From: an uncultured Candidatus Saccharibacteria bacterium
GTDB taxonomy: Bacteria > Patescibacteriota > Minisyncoccia > Phycocordibacterales > UBA918
Direction of reading: 5' to 3'
Assembly (NCBI GenBank): GCA_964601615.1
Contig: CAZRNZ010000002.1
Location: 207,431 to 271,430, forward strand
Length of the DNA: 64,000 bases
Shown here: positions 28,436 to 38,377 of the stretch, piece after piece
Layout: the number at the start of each line of letters is the position of its first letter
How positions within the stretch are numbered: the first letter of the stretch is position 1
Notes under the pieces: generated by a model
Told to the model about the DNA's origin: nothing
Seen by the model: only the letters and a program-made list of their open reading frames with translations
Databases searched by the model: none
Made by a program: the position numbers and the translations under genes

Positions 28436-30217
28436 ATGGAGATAAGAAACTTTGGAATAATTGCCCATATTGACCACGGAAAATCTACGCTTGCTGACCG
28501 CATGTTGGAGGTTACTAATACTGTGGAAGTCCGTAAAATGAAGGCTCAGGTACTTGATTCTATGGATTTGGAGCGTGAGCGTGGAATTACGATTAAAATG
28601 CAGCCTGTCCGCATGGAGCATTCTTTTGCAGGTAAAGAATATGTTTTGAATCTTATTGACACTCCAGGTCATATCGACTTTTCTTACGAAGTATCACGTG
28701 CACTTGGTGCAATTGAGGGAGCTTTGCTTTTGGTGGACTCCACCCAAGGTGTTCAGGCTCAGACTTTGACTACACTAGAAATGGCTAAAAAATTAGGCCT
28801 GGTAATAATTCCAGTTCTAACCAAAATAGACATGCCTCATTCTCGTCTTGTAGAAGTGGGAGATGAAATATGTAAACTTCTAGATTGTTCTCCAGAAGAT
28901 ATACTAAAAGTGTCTGGTAAGACTGGTGAGGGTGTTTCTGATTTACTTGATGAGATATGTCAGAGAGTGCCAGCGCCAAGACCTTCAGAAGAGGGAAAAA
29001 ATATAGGTTTAATTTTTGACTTTGAGTATTCAAACCATCGCGGGGTGATAGTTTTTTTGCGTGTTTTTGATGGAGAGATTAAAAAAGGTGACACGCTTAG
29101 GTTTGTGGCAGGTAAAAGAAGCTTTGTAGCATTGGAGGTTGGTATTTTACACCCAGATGAGGTTCCGACAGGTTCCCTGAAAGCTGGTGAAATTGGATAT
29201 ATTGTTACTGGTATTAAAGAACCAGGTGTGGCAAATGTGGGTGATACTGTTACTTTGGATAGAAATCCTAGTGAAGCGATTCAAGGTTTTAGTCATCCAC
29301 AGCCAGTTGTTTGGGCGAGTATTTTCCCGGACAGTCAGGATGACTTTACTATTTTGAGACAAGCACTGGATAGACTTCGTTTATCTGATTCCTCACTTTC
29401 TTATGAGGAAGAATCTTCAGGAGTTTTGGGTAGAGGATTTCGTTGTGGTTTTTTAGGGATGCTTCACTTAGAAATTATCACTGAAAGACTTCGTCGTGAG
29501 TTCAATATAGAAATAATTATTACTTCTCCATCTATTGCTTATGAAGTAACGAATGCTGAGGGTGAAGTTGAGCATATCTATGCAGCTTCTCGTTTTCCTG
29601 ATTATGGTGCAAGTGTAAGTATTAGAGAGCCATGGATACTTGGTCAAGTGATTGCCCCTTCAGAGTTTGTGGGAAATATCATGACATTACTTTACGATCA
29701 TGAAGCGAGTGTTATTGATACAGAAGTTTTTGGTGATGGGCGCGCTTTGCTTACTATTGAAATGCCACTTCGAGAGTTGATGCGTGGTTTCTTCGATAAG
29801 TTAAAAAACACCTCAAGTGGTTATGGATCTTTGTCTTATGAGATTGCAGAAATGAGACCTGCTGACGTAGCTAGGTTGGATATTTTTGTGGCTGAAGAAC
29901 TTGTGCCTGCTTTTTCTCGTGTGATTGGAATGAGACGTGTTGAGCATGATGCTAGAGCTCTTGTTGATAAGATTTATAATGTCTTACCACGTCAGCAATT
30001 TGTGACAAAGATTCAATCAAAAGCTATGGGACGCTTCATTGCTTCAAGGTCACTTTCTGCTATGAGAAAAGATGTGACCGCTAAACTTTACGGAGGAGAT
30101 ATTACTAGAAAACGAAAACTTCTAGATAAGCAGAAAAAAGGTAAGAAGAAGATGCTTGAAAGAGGAAGGGTTCATATTCCTCAAGAGGTATTTATGAAGA
30201 TGATGAAAGAGGAGTAG
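28436..30217 (+). CDS. lepA: Elongation factor 4 (LepA)
   Basis: G-domain AHIDHGKST, DTPGH, TKID. LepA-specific C-terminal domain. 593 aa. Confidence 0.9.
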   Translation: MEIRNFGIIAHIDHGKSTLADRMLEVTNTVEVRKMKAQVLDSMDLERERGITIKMQPVRMEHSFAGKEYVLNLIDTPGHIDFSYEVSRALGAIEGALLLVDSTQGVQAQTLTTLEMAKKLGLVIIPVLTKIDMPHSRLVEVGDEICKLLDCSPEDILKVSGKTGEGVSDLLDEICQRVPAPRPSEEGKNIGLIFDFEYSNHRGVIVFLRVFDGEIKKGDTLRFVAGKRSFVALEVGILHPDEVPTGSLKAGEIGYIVTGIKEPGVANVGDTVTLDRNPSEAIQGFSHPQPVVWASIFPDSQDDFTILRQALDRLRLSDSSLSYEEESSGVLGRGFRCGFLGMLHLEIITERLRREFNIEIIITSPSIAYEVTNAEGEVEHIYAASRFPDYGASVSIREPWILGQVIAPSEFVGNIMTLLYDHEASVIDTEVFGDGRALLTIEMPLRELMRGFFDKLKNTSSGYGSLSYEIAEMRPADVARLDIFVAEELVPAFSRVIGMRRVEHDARALVDKIYNVLPRQQFVTKIQSKAMGRFIASRSLSAMRKDVTAKLYGGDITRKRKLLDKQKKGKKKMLERGRVHIPQEVFMKMMKEE

Positions 30218-30221
30218 GGGT

Positions 30222-30258
30222 AAACAAAACTGGCGGCCTCAGGCCGCCAGTTTTGTTT
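30222..30258. terminator. Bidirectional terminator
   Basis: AAACAAAACTGGCGGCCT-C-AGGCCGCCAGTTTTGTTT palindrome. Confidence 0.7.
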
Positions 30259-30261
30259 TAT

Positions 30262-30366
30262 TTTAATAATATCCTACGAAAATCATACTGATTGCTATCA
30301 GTATCGCTATTGCGGCCCATACCCATTTTATGGCCTTCTTTGTTCTTTTGTGGTACAGAAAACTCA
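30262..30366 (-). CDS. Unannotated 34-aa hydrophobic peptide (MSFLYHKRTKKAIKWVWAAIAILIAISMIFVGYY)
   Basis: Hand-translated from the minus strand. Basic N-terminus plus single TM; stop abuts the bidirectional terminator. Not in the ORF track because it is under 60 aa. Confidence 0.3.
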
Positions 30367-30386
30367 TAATGGTAATATTATAGTAT

Positions 30387-30791
30387 ATGAGCCTTTTGCG
30401 CAAAAAAAGTTGGTGGAAGCATGTCACAGAGTCTAGGATAACTCTGATAATTTTGATATTACTTTGTATAGCTATTTCTTTTGAAGTTTACGATAGGTAT
30501 ACGGTTGAAAGGGAGGTTGCTAGTCGTAGACATAGTAAAGAAGCTGATTTATCTAAATTATCAGAACGCAAAGAAGATTTAGTAGAAAGAATAAACTACT
30601 TAAAAGGAGAGCAAGGTATTGAATCAGAGATTCGTAGACACTTTGATGTAGTGAAGGAGGGAGAGAAGGTTGTGATATTAACTGGCGAGAGTGAGTCTAA
30701 TAGTCAGGTTGCTAATGTTTCTAACGCAGTTATTGTTGAGGAAGAAAAAGGTTGGTTCGGTACATTTTTATCAAAAATATTCCCATGGTAG
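30387..30791 (+). CDS. Septum formation initiator (FtsB/DivIC-like)
   Basis: N-terminal TM, coiled coil, and a conserved GEQGIESEIRRHF-type segment. Confidence 0.55.
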   Translation: MSLLRKKSWWKHVTESRITLIILILLCIAISFEVYDRYTVEREVASRRHSKEADLSKLSERKEDLVERINYLKGEQGIESEIRRHFDVVKEGEKVVILTGESESNSQVANVSNAVIVEEEKGWFGTFLSKIFPW

Positions 30792-31033
30792 AATTATCTG
30801 GTATGAAAAACGTAACTATTTATAGCACTCCAACTTGTCATTTTTGTCATGCTGCAAAAGATTTTTTTGCAGAAAACAATATTACTTTTACCGATCATGA
30901 TGTTTCTGCTGATTTAGAAAAGCGTGCAGAGATGATTGATTTAACTGGACAGATGGGTGTTCCGGTTATCAGAATTGAAGACGATATTATTATCGGATTT
31001 GATGAAGATAAGATAAAAGAGCTTTTGGCATAG
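30752..31033 (+). CDS. Glutaredoxin-like protein (NrdH/YruB type)
   Basis: CHFC active site in a thioredoxin fold. Real start may be the internal ATG at 30803. Confidence 0.7.
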   Translation: MVRYIFIKNIPMVELSGMKNVTIYSTPTCHFCHAAKDFFAENNITFTDHDVSADLEKRAEMIDLTGQMGVPVIRIEDDIIIGFDEDKIKELLA

Positions 31034-31040
31034 TAAAAAT

Positions 31041-31070
31041 AAAACAGCCCTATAAAGGGCTGTTTTATTT
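31041..31070. terminator. Bidirectional terminator
   Basis: AAACAGCCCT-ATAA-AGGGCTGTTT hairpin. Confidence 0.65.
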
Positions 31071-31073
31071 TTG

Positions 31074-31145
31074 TGCCTTCACCAGGAGTCGAACCCAGAT
31101 TTCCTCCTTAGGACGGAGTTGTTCTATCCATTGAACTATGAGGGC
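31074..31145 (-). tRNA. tRNA-Arg (CCT)
   Basis: Parsed on the minus strand: acceptor GCCCTCA/TGAAGGC (one C·A mismatch), anticodon loop GTCCTAA, T-loop TTCGACT. Confidence 0.6.
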
Positions 31146-31199
31146 TTATATGTGAAATACTTTAACATAAAAAAGCGGGGTAGTGATAGAATGTAGACC

Positions 31200-31511
31200 A
31201 TGAGTACAAAAAAATCTTATGACGAAGAGTTTGATGTGCAGAAAGTTCTCAAGAAACAAACTGAGCTCATTCGAGAAAATAATATTCTTTTAAAGAAAAT
31301 CCGCCGTTACGAAATGGTGAATTTTTGGATAAAGATTCTTTGGATTGCATTACTAATTGGGGTACCTTTCTTCTTGTATTACTATTTTATAGAACCCTAT
31401 TTAACGGCCCTAAATGCCTCGTATGAAGCTTTTAATGCTCAAGTACAAGGAATACCAGGATATGACTTATTTAGGATGTTTCTAAATGGTGGGGGCGGGG
31501 GAGGACAATAA
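31200..31511 (+). CDS. Hypothetical small membrane protein
   Basis: One TM helix; Gly6 C-terminus. Confidence 0.4.
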   Translation: MSTKKSYDEEFDVQKVLKKQTELIRENNILLKKIRRYEMVNFWIKILWIALLIGVPFFLYYYFIEPYLTALNASYEAFNAQVQGIPGYDLFRMFLNGGGGGGQ

Positions 31512-31512
31512 G

Positions 31513-31541
31513 AAAAGACCGCCCTTCGGGCGGTCTTTTTT
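31513..31541. terminator. Bidirectional terminator
   Basis: GACCGCCC-TTC-GGGCGGTC hairpin. Confidence 0.65.
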
Positions 31542-31546
31542 CTTTG

Positions 31547-31619
31547 TGCTTGGGGGCAGGCTCGAACTGCCGACCCTTCCCTCTTCAGGGGAATGCTCTA
31601 CCAACTGAGCTACCCAAGC
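31547..31619 (-). tRNA. tRNA-Phe (GAA)
   Basis: Acceptor GCTTGGG/CCCAAGC, anticodon loop CTGAAGA, T-loop TTCGAGC. Confidence 0.9.
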
Positions 31620-31695
31620 GACGAGACGATTATACGTTGTTTTGTAGTAATTTTCAAATAAATAAATCACCAGTCAGGACTGGTGATTTATAACC

Positions 31696-32202
31696 TTATT
31701 TTGATCCTGAACTCTTAACTTTAAGACGAGTGCTACGATCTTTGTCTACTTTAGGTAAAATGATTTCTAGTAGTCCGTATTTTTCTTTGGCGTCAGCTTC
31801 GTCAATCAGGATTTCTTCAGGCAGAAGAATTGTTCTAGTGAATCCTCCCCAGAACAATTCTCGATGATAGTAATCTTCGTCTGGAGATTCGCGATTTTCT
31901 TCACGACGACCCTTAATAGTAACCATATCCCTGGTAATAGATATATCTAAGTCATCAGGAGTTACTCCAGCCACTAATGCACGAATAACGATACTATCAG
32001 GAGTATGATACATATCTACAGGAAGTTCACCCTCTTGTTCCTCCTCTAAGTTATGGCCTGGCCATTCGGATTCTTCTTGGTAAGCACTATTTGACTCGTA
32101 GTCATCTTGTTCTGTGTCGAAATCATCATCTTCAAGAATATCATCGTAGTCATCGCCACGAACTGCTCCTGTTAGTTTTTCTAGAAATGATGGTTTTTTC
32201 AT
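31696..32202 (-). CDS. Hsp20/alpha-crystallin small heat-shock protein
   Basis: Alpha-crystallin domain (IVIRALVAGV...ISITRDMVTIKG...LEIILPKV) after an acidic N-terminus. Confidence 0.75.
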   Translation of the reverse strand: MKKPSFLEKLTGAVRGDDYDDILEDDDFDTEQDDYESNSAYQEESEWPGHNLEEEQEGELPVDMYHTPDSIVIRALVAGVTPDDLDISITRDMVTIKGRREENRESPDEDYYHRELFWGGFTRTILLPEEILIDEADAKEKYGLLEIILPKVDKDRSTRLKVKSSGSK

Positions 32203-32205
32203 AAT

Positions 32206-32898
32206 TTATCTTTTACGATGACGACGTTCAAATTGTTTAACTTTCTCAAAAATCATGAAGAGTAATATGACCAAGAGCCAGACAATAAGGAATACACTCA
32301 GAATCGCTCCTCCGTTAGCATCCATTATAAAAAGATTAAACAGCGTATGCAATACAATAGCTATGAATAACCCGACTGTTCCAGCAAGTAATTTGATAGT
32401 GTCATTTTTGTAAAATGCAAAAGCGAGAAAAACTCCAACAGCACCTGAAGCTAGGACGTGTAAAAGAGTGGCACCTAAGAATCGGAAGTTACCTGTGATA
32501 ATACTTCCAGAAATATCTCCAGCTACAAGTGGGTTCCACATAAATAAAGCGTTCTCAAGTGCGGCAAAACCAAGAGCAATAGTAATCATATAAATAATGT
32601 AATCGATTGGTTCGTCTACAGCTTTATGCCAGAGAACAATTAAGAGAGCGATAGCATATTTGAGAGTTTCTTCAATAATCACCCAAACAGCCATTAGGGA
32701 TACTCCTGTAAATAATCCTAAAGCCAGCTTTTGTAGCGGAAGAGCCAAGGGGACTACAATCATACCTGCGATAAATGTACGTACTATCAGTCCAGTAGGT
32801 TCTGGTTTTTGTTTATCTTGTCGAAGCCAAAACCAAAGCCAAAAGATTGCGGGCAAAACTCCCCCTAATAAAGCGATAGAAATATTCATCAGTTCCAT
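32206..32898 (-). CDS. PrsW-family intramembrane protease
   Basis: EExxK (IIEETLKY), FxxxxxE (GFAALEN) and HTLFN motifs in a 7-TM protein. Confidence 0.7.
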   Translation of the reverse strand: MELMNISIALLGGVLPAIFWLWFWLRQDKQKPEPTGLIVRTFIAGMIVVPLALPLQKLALGLFTGVSLMAVWVIIEETLKYAIALLIVLWHKAVDEPIDYIIYMITIALGFAALENALFMWNPLVAGDISGSIITGNFRFLGATLLHVLASGAVGVFLAFAFYKNDTIKLLAGTVGLFIAIVLHTLFNLFIMDANGGAILSVFLIVWLLVILLFMIFEKVKQFERRHRKR

Positions 32899-32956
32899 TT
32901 GTCTTATTGTACAAGAAAAGATGGTAATAAGAATTGATAGATGTGTATGGAGAAAT

Positions 32957-32987
32957 AAAAGGGCGCACCATAGGCGCGCCTTTTTAT
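32957..32987 (-). terminator. Terminator for valS (minus strand)
   Basis: GGCGC...GCGCC hairpin followed by a T-run on the minus strand. Confidence 0.55.
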
Positions 32988-35176
32988 TAATTCTTGATCG
33001 GCCACTTAGCTACCAAGAGAAATTCAGATTCTTTCATCTCTTCTGGAAGTCTTTGCCAAACTGCCTCGGTCACAAATGGCATAAATGGATGAAGGATTTT
33101 GAGTGAACCAGTCAAACATTCTAGAAGAACTTTTTGTCTAGCAAGTTTTGCTTCAGTATCTTCACCGTTTAGAATTGGCTTGGATTCCTCTAAAACTTTT
33201 GCTGCCAACTCATCCCAAACATAGTGATAGGCTTTTTCAGCTGCTAGATAAAGACTAAACTTCTCAATCTCATCGGCCACATCAGCAGATACTCGATTAA
33301 ATTCAGAAAGTATTTCTAAGTCACGTTCTGAAAGTTTTACTTCAGTATCAACATTAAAATCAGATGTGTTACTCAAAATGAAGCGACTGATATTCCAAAG
33401 TTTGTTAGCAAAGTTTTTGTAACCACGAATCTTGTCTTCTGAAAGTGGTACGTCATTACCTGGAGCTGCTCCAACTACTAAAGATAGGCGAGTGGCATCA
33501 GCTCCATATTTTTCAATCATGTCTAAAGGATTGATAATATTTCCTTTAGATTTAGACATTTTCTGTCCTTTGGCGTCACGCACCATTCCATGCAGGTAAA
33601 CATTCTTAAATGGCACTTCGCCAACCAAGAATGTGCTCATCAAAATCATACGAGCAACCCAGAAGAATAAAATATCGTAACCAGTCTCCAAAACTGATGT
33701 TGGATGATAAGTCTTCATGTCGGAAGTTTCTTCTGGCCAACCTAGTGTTGAGAAAGTCCAGAGTCCAGAAGAAAACCATGTATCAAGAGTGTCAGAATCT
33801 TGCTCCCAACCTTCACCTGGAGATTCTTTTTGCACCTTTACTTCGCCAGCTTTAAACCAGGCCGGAATACGATGCCCAAACCAAATCTGACGAGAAATAT
33901 TCCAGTCACGTAGGTTATCAATCCAGTGATAGTAAGTTTTATTAAATCGATCTGGTGCAATTTTTATTTCACCAGATTCAACTGTCTCACGCATTCTTTC
34001 CTTGAGAGACATAGTGCGTCCGTCTGGAAAAGCGACAGGTTTATTAACGTCAATAAACCACTGTGCTTTTATTTGCGGTTCAATCACTTCGCCAGTTCGT
34101 TCTGCAGTAGCAACGTTGTGAGTGTAGGCTTCTTCCTTTTCTAGAAGACCTTTTGATTGTAGTTTTTCAATTATTACGGCGCGCGCTTTCTTGATGTGCT
34201 GGCCAGCAAATTCTCCCGCAATCGGTAAAAGAATTCCTCTTTCATCAATTACTTGCTCTTTGTCTAGGTTGTGACGACCAGCAATTTCAAAGTCAGTTGT
34301 ATCGTGCCATGGAGTGATGGTCATTACGCCGGTACCAAATTCCATATCAATTGCTTCATCTTTGATAATGGTGGCAGTGATCGGTCCGTTAATCCACTCT
34401 AGTTCGATTTGTTGTCCATGTTGGTATTCTTTGTAGCGACTGTCTTCAGGGTGCATTACTACGTACTTGTCACCAAACTTTGTTTCTGGACGGGAAGTTC
34501 CAATTACAAAAGGACCATACTTTAAATAATAGAATTTTTCTGTTCTTTCTTCGTAAACAATTTCATCGTCAGAAATTGTGGTCTGACCTTTTGGGTCCCA
34601 GTTTACGATTCTTTCACCACGATAAATCAAACCAGCGTCATACATTCTGATGAATGCTTCCATCACAGCATCGTAACGTTTATCGTCTAGAGTATAAGCG
34701 TAACGACTCCAGTCCAAAGATGAACCCATGCTTTTAGTTTGACCGATAATTGTATCTTTACTATTTTCTGCAAATTCGGATACGCGACGTAAAAGTTCTT
34801 CACGACCAAGATCGTGTCTGGTCTTTTTTTCCTTTTTATAAATTTCACCCTCAACTTTTGATTGGGTAGCAATTGCAGCTGAGTCAGTACCAGGAACCCA
34901 AAGAGTTCTTTTTCCAAGAAGACGATTGTAGCGAACCAGAATATCTTCTACTGCCAACATGGCGGCATGGCCCATATGAAGAGTGCCAGTTACGTTTGGA
35001 GGTGGCAGGACAATTGAAAAGGTTTCTGCGTCAGCCGCAGTAAAACCTTTTTCTACAGAGACATCAGGATTAAATAATCCAGAATCTTCCCATTTTTTGT
35101 AAAGCAGTTCCTCGTTATCTTTGGGTGAATAAGGTTTCAGAAAGTCTTCATTTATAGCTGGTTTTTGCGTATCCAT
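32987..35176 (-). CDS. valS: Valyl-tRNA synthetase (short, no C-terminal coiled coil)
   Basis: HIGH motif (PPPNVTGTLHMGHA) and KMSKS motif. 729 aa. Confidence 0.9.
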   Translation of the reverse strand: MDTQKPAINEDFLKPYSPKDNEELLYKKWEDSGLFNPDVSVEKGFTAADAETFSIVLPPPNVTGTLHMGHAAMLAVEDILVRYNRLLGKRTLWVPGTDSAAIATQSKVEGEIYKKEKKTRHDLGREELLRRVSEFAENSKDTIIGQTKSMGSSLDWSRYAYTLDDKRYDAVMEAFIRMYDAGLIYRGERIVNWDPKGQTTISDDEIVYEERTEKFYYLKYGPFVIGTSRPETKFGDKYVVMHPEDSRYKEYQHGQQIELEWINGPITATIIKDEAIDMEFGTGVMTITPWHDTTDFEIAGRHNLDKEQVIDERGILLPIAGEFAGQHIKKARAVIIEKLQSKGLLEKEEAYTHNVATAERTGEVIEPQIKAQWFIDVNKPVAFPDGRTMSLKERMRETVESGEIKIAPDRFNKTYYHWIDNLRDWNISRQIWFGHRIPAWFKAGEVKVQKESPGEGWEQDSDTLDTWFSSGLWTFSTLGWPEETSDMKTYHPTSVLETGYDILFFWVARMILMSTFLVGEVPFKNVYLHGMVRDAKGQKMSKSKGNIINPLDMIEKYGADATRLSLVVGAAPGNDVPLSEDKIRGYKNFANKLWNISRFILSNTSDFNVDTEVKLSERDLEILSEFNRVSADVADEIEKFSLYLAAEKAYHYVWDELAAKVLEESKPILNGEDTEAKLARQKVLLECLTGSLKILHPFMPFVTEAVWQRLPEEMKESEFLLVAKWPIKN

Positions 35177-35232
35177 AACTATTGAAATTTACCACGGAAA
35201 GGGCGTATTTTGAAGAGATTCAAAATATATAC

Positions 35233-36402
35233 TTATTCCTGCGCAAGAGAGCGGTTACCGTTTGCTTTGAGTATTGAAAGGGAGTCGAGATTGGGATCGA
35301 GAGCCTGTGGTGCTCGCGCATGACCAGCTAGTGCAATCATAACGCTGTTGTCTGTCGATAATTTTGGATTTGGTAAATACAAATCTAAGTCTGGGTATTC
35401 TGTTTTGAAATATTCAAAAAAAGTCTCTCTGATGTAACTGTTGGCAGAAACTCCACCACCAATAATTAGTGACTTAATGTCGTGTGTATCGATAGCTTTT
35501 TTTGTTTTCTTCAGAAGTACTTCTGTAACAGCGTTTTCAAAATCACGTGATAAAGCTTGTTTGTCTGTTTCAGAAAGTTCTTTATTTTCAATTGCGTAAC
35601 GAACAGCTGTTTTTAAACCAGAAAAAGAAAAATCTAAATCTTGAGAATCAAGCATTGGTCTCGGTAGTTTTGCAAACTCAGGGAGGCTATAGGTGCGGGC
35701 TTCGCTCGCATTACTACTTATTTCTGGTCCGCCTGGATAAGGCAGTCCCATTAATCGGGCAACTTTATCAAAGGCTTCACCAACTGCATCATCGCGAGTT
35801 TGTCCAATTTTTTCGTATTCTTGCCAATCAGAAATTTTTATTAGCTCTGTGTGTCCACCAGAAATAAGTAAAGCTAGTGCAGGAAATTTTAGTTCTGCCA
35901 ATATAGTTCCGTCAAAAATAGAGGCCAGTACATGACCCTCCATATGGTTTACGGGTGTTACTGGAATATTCCACGTGATAGCTAAAGCTTTTGCAAAATT
36001 TACTCCTACCCACAAAGCTGGTTCAAGTCCAGGTCCGGCAGTAACGGCGATTAGGTCAATATCTGGTTTGTTATATTTTCTTAGAAATTCAATAAACGAG
36101 TTATATAAATCTACCTCTCGTTCCAGAAGATTTTGGAGGTCACTTAGGGCGGCAGCTTCGCTGCCGCCCATCTCCAAATCGCCACTTTCTTTGAGTGCTT
36201 TCTCTAGCATTGGTACCAAAGTCTTGGCATGTTCGCGTTTTGCAACAGCAGGAAAAACTCCACCAAATTCTCTGTGAATATCTATTTGTGAGAAAAGGGC
36301 ATTGCCCAAAACTTTGTATTCAGCGTTAGGGAAGTCTCCTGCAGCTTCTACAATAGAAATAGCTGTTTCATCACAAGATGTTTCGATAGATAAAATCTTC
36401 AT
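35233..36402 (-). CDS. tsaD: tRNA N6-adenosine threonylcarbamoyltransferase TsaD (Kae1/YgjD family)
   Basis: MKILSIETSCDETAISIV N-terminus and the metal-binding His pair typical of Kae1/TsaD. Confidence 0.9.
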   Translation of the reverse strand: MKILSIETSCDETAISIVEAAGDFPNAEYKVLGNALFSQIDIHREFGGVFPAVAKREHAKTLVPMLEKALKESGDLEMGGSEAAALSDLQNLLEREVDLYNSFIEFLRKYNKPDIDLIAVTAGPGLEPALWVGVNFAKALAITWNIPVTPVNHMEGHVLASIFDGTILAELKFPALALLISGGHTELIKISDWQEYEKIGQTRDDAVGEAFDKVARLMGLPYPGGPEISSNASEARTYSLPEFAKLPRPMLDSQDLDFSFSGLKTAVRYAIENKELSETDKQALSRDFENAVTEVLLKKTKKAIDTHDIKSLIIGGGVSANSYIRETFFEYFKTEYPDLDLYLPNPKLSTDNSVMIALAGHARAPQALDPNLDSLSILKANGNRSLAQE

Positions 36403-36433
36403 AAAGCATCAATATATTGTATAGTTATCTAAT

Positions 36434-37303
36434 ATGCAAAAGGTAGTAACTCATAGTGGTAGTTTTCACGCAGATGATGTGTTCGCAGTAGCAACATTAC
36501 AACTTCTTTATGGAGTAGAAAATATTGAAGTAATTCGTACTAGAGACGAAGAAATTATTAAAAACGGTGACATTGTTTTGGATGTTGGTGGTGAATATAG
36601 TCCAGAAAATAATCGTTTTGACCATCATCAAAACGGTGCTCCAGTGAGAGAAGGGGACGTTCCTTTTGCAGCCTTTGGTTTAATTTGGAAACATTTCGGC
36701 GTGCAGCTTTGTGAAGATAAGGAATTGGCTGAAATTATCGAACGTCAGTTAGTATTGGCAATTGATGCTAATGATAATGGTGTTTCAGTTTTTAGTCTTA
36801 ATGATTTGGGAATTTCTCCAACAACGGTTCAGGATTTAATTGGTTCATTTAAGCCTGTGTGGGGTAGTGAAGAAGATTTTGATTCAGGATTTATTTTGGC
36901 CTGTAATTTTGCTAGAGATGTTTTGAATCGTTTTATTGCGCAAGCACGTGGACAGATTCTTGAAAAAAATTATGTAGCAAAAATATATTCAGAATCAGCT
37001 GATAAAACTTTTTTAGTTTTTGATAAACCAGTTACTTCAACTCTTTTGATTGAATACCCGGAAGTGATGGCAATTACATATGCAACGGAGGAGGGGAAAT
37101 GGAATGTTGCTTTAGTAAGAAAGAATTTTGACTCTTTTGAGACAAAGGTAAGATTTCCTGAAATCTGGGCTGGACTCCGAGATGGTGAATTAGAAAAAGT
37201 GTCAGGAATTTCTGGTGCAGTTTTTTGCCATAAGGCCAGGTTTTTATTTGTCGCTTCTGATAGAGAAGGTGCTTTAGAGGCAATCAATAAGACTCTTTTA
37301 TAA
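36434..37303 (+). CDS. MYG1/UPF0160 family metal-dependent hydrolase
   Basis: VTHSGSFHADDVFA N-terminus is the MYG1 signature. Confidence 0.75.
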   Translation: MQKVVTHSGSFHADDVFAVATLQLLYGVENIEVIRTRDEEIIKNGDIVLDVGGEYSPENNRFDHHQNGAPVREGDVPFAAFGLIWKHFGVQLCEDKELAEIIERQLVLAIDANDNGVSVFSLNDLGISPTTVQDLIGSFKPVWGSEEDFDSGFILACNFARDVLNRFIAQARGQILEKNYVAKIYSESADKTFLVFDKPVTSTLLIEYPEVMAITYATEEGKWNVALVRKNFDSFETKVRFPEIWAGLRDGELEKVSGISGAVFCHKARFLFVASDREGALEAINKTLL

Positions 37304-37306
37304 AAG

Positions 37307-37379
37307 TGACCGATACAAGACTTGAACTTGTGGCCTCAGCAATGTCAATGCTGCGCTCTACCAGCTGAGCTAATCGGTC
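37307..37379 (-). tRNA. tRNA-Val (GAC)
   Basis: Acceptor GACCGAT/ATCGGTC, anticodon loop TTGACAT, T-loop TTCAAGT. Confidence 0.9.
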
Positions 37380-37453
37380 AGTCGGTAGATATTACCATAA
37401 AAGTCTGGTTCATAAAGTTATCTCTATACGTGATATTATTAAATAAATAATTT

Positions 37454-38377
37454 ATGATGGCTTTTGAATCTTTTGGTGGAACGAATAAAAATGAATCTTT
37501 GAGTGTTGAAGCTTTGGCAGAAAAAGAATTAGCAGAAATTCTGGAAAATCCAGAGAATAGTTTTCTAAATGAAATAGAAGCAAACAGTAATTTTATTGAT
37601 GATGCTAATTCTGCTGAAGAGGCTTTAGAGTTTGCTAAGAAAAAAATCCGGGAACGACTAGAGAAGAGTACTGTTTTTCACACTGTAAAAACAATCGAGG
37701 GAATTGAAATGAAAGAAGTTGATGTTTTTGCCCTTAAAAGGACAATGGATACAATTTTAGAAAACAAATTTGAGATAGGTCGAGGAGGAGATGCCTTTGT
37801 AGTTATTGATAAAAGTGAGGTGAGAGAATTGCCTCCAGAAGTTTGTTATAAATTTTCTTTAGCTGAAGCAACTCCGCGTGGCAGAAACTCTGTTGATGTA
37901 GAGGCAGAATTACAAGGTTCTTTTTATGATGCGATTCACGAATTTACCGAGTCAAAAATTGGTGTACCAATTCCATTCTATGTTTTGGAATCTGGTCACA
38001 ATAAAATGATTGCTATGGAGAAGCTTAAGGCCAAAAGTATTGATGATATATTACGGGGCGATGGTTATCTACCAAGTTGGTTAGATGTGGATATTTTCTG
38101 TGAAGAATTAATAAGTTCTCTAAAATACTTTCATGGTCGAGGACTATATCATCGGGATATGCATTTTGGAAATATCATGATATCTCAATCTCCTGAAGAA
38201 GACTTTCAGGGGAAGTGGGGTTATTTAATTGACTTTGGTTTATCTGGACATGAAGATGAGGAGCAATTTGCCTACGAGAAAGAACAAGCTGGCAATACCT
38301 TTACATATGCCGATGATTATGCTATAATAAATGAAGTAAGAAAAAGGCTCTCAGAGCTTAAGTACAGGGAGTTATGA
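37454..38377 (+). CDS. Atypical protein kinase-like protein (RIO/Bud32/Kdo-kinase-like minimal fold)
   Basis: G-loop-like IGRGGDAFVVIDK, HRD-like YHRDMHFGNIMI, DFG (LIDFGLSG). No activation-segment or APE region. Confidence 0.5.
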   Translation: MMAFESFGGTNKNESLSVEALAEKELAEILENPENSFLNEIEANSNFIDDANSAEEALEFAKKKIRERLEKSTVFHTVKTIEGIEMKEVDVFALKRTMDTILENKFEIGRGGDAFVVIDKSEVRELPPEVCYKFSLAEATPRGRNSVDVEAELQGSFYDAIHEFTESKIGVPIPFYVLESGHNKMIAMEKLKAKSIDDILRGDGYLPSWLDVDIFCEELISSLKYFHGRGLYHRDMHFGNIMISQSPEEDFQGKWGYLIDFGLSGHEDEEQFAYEKEQAGNTFTYADDYAIINEVRKRLSELKYREL

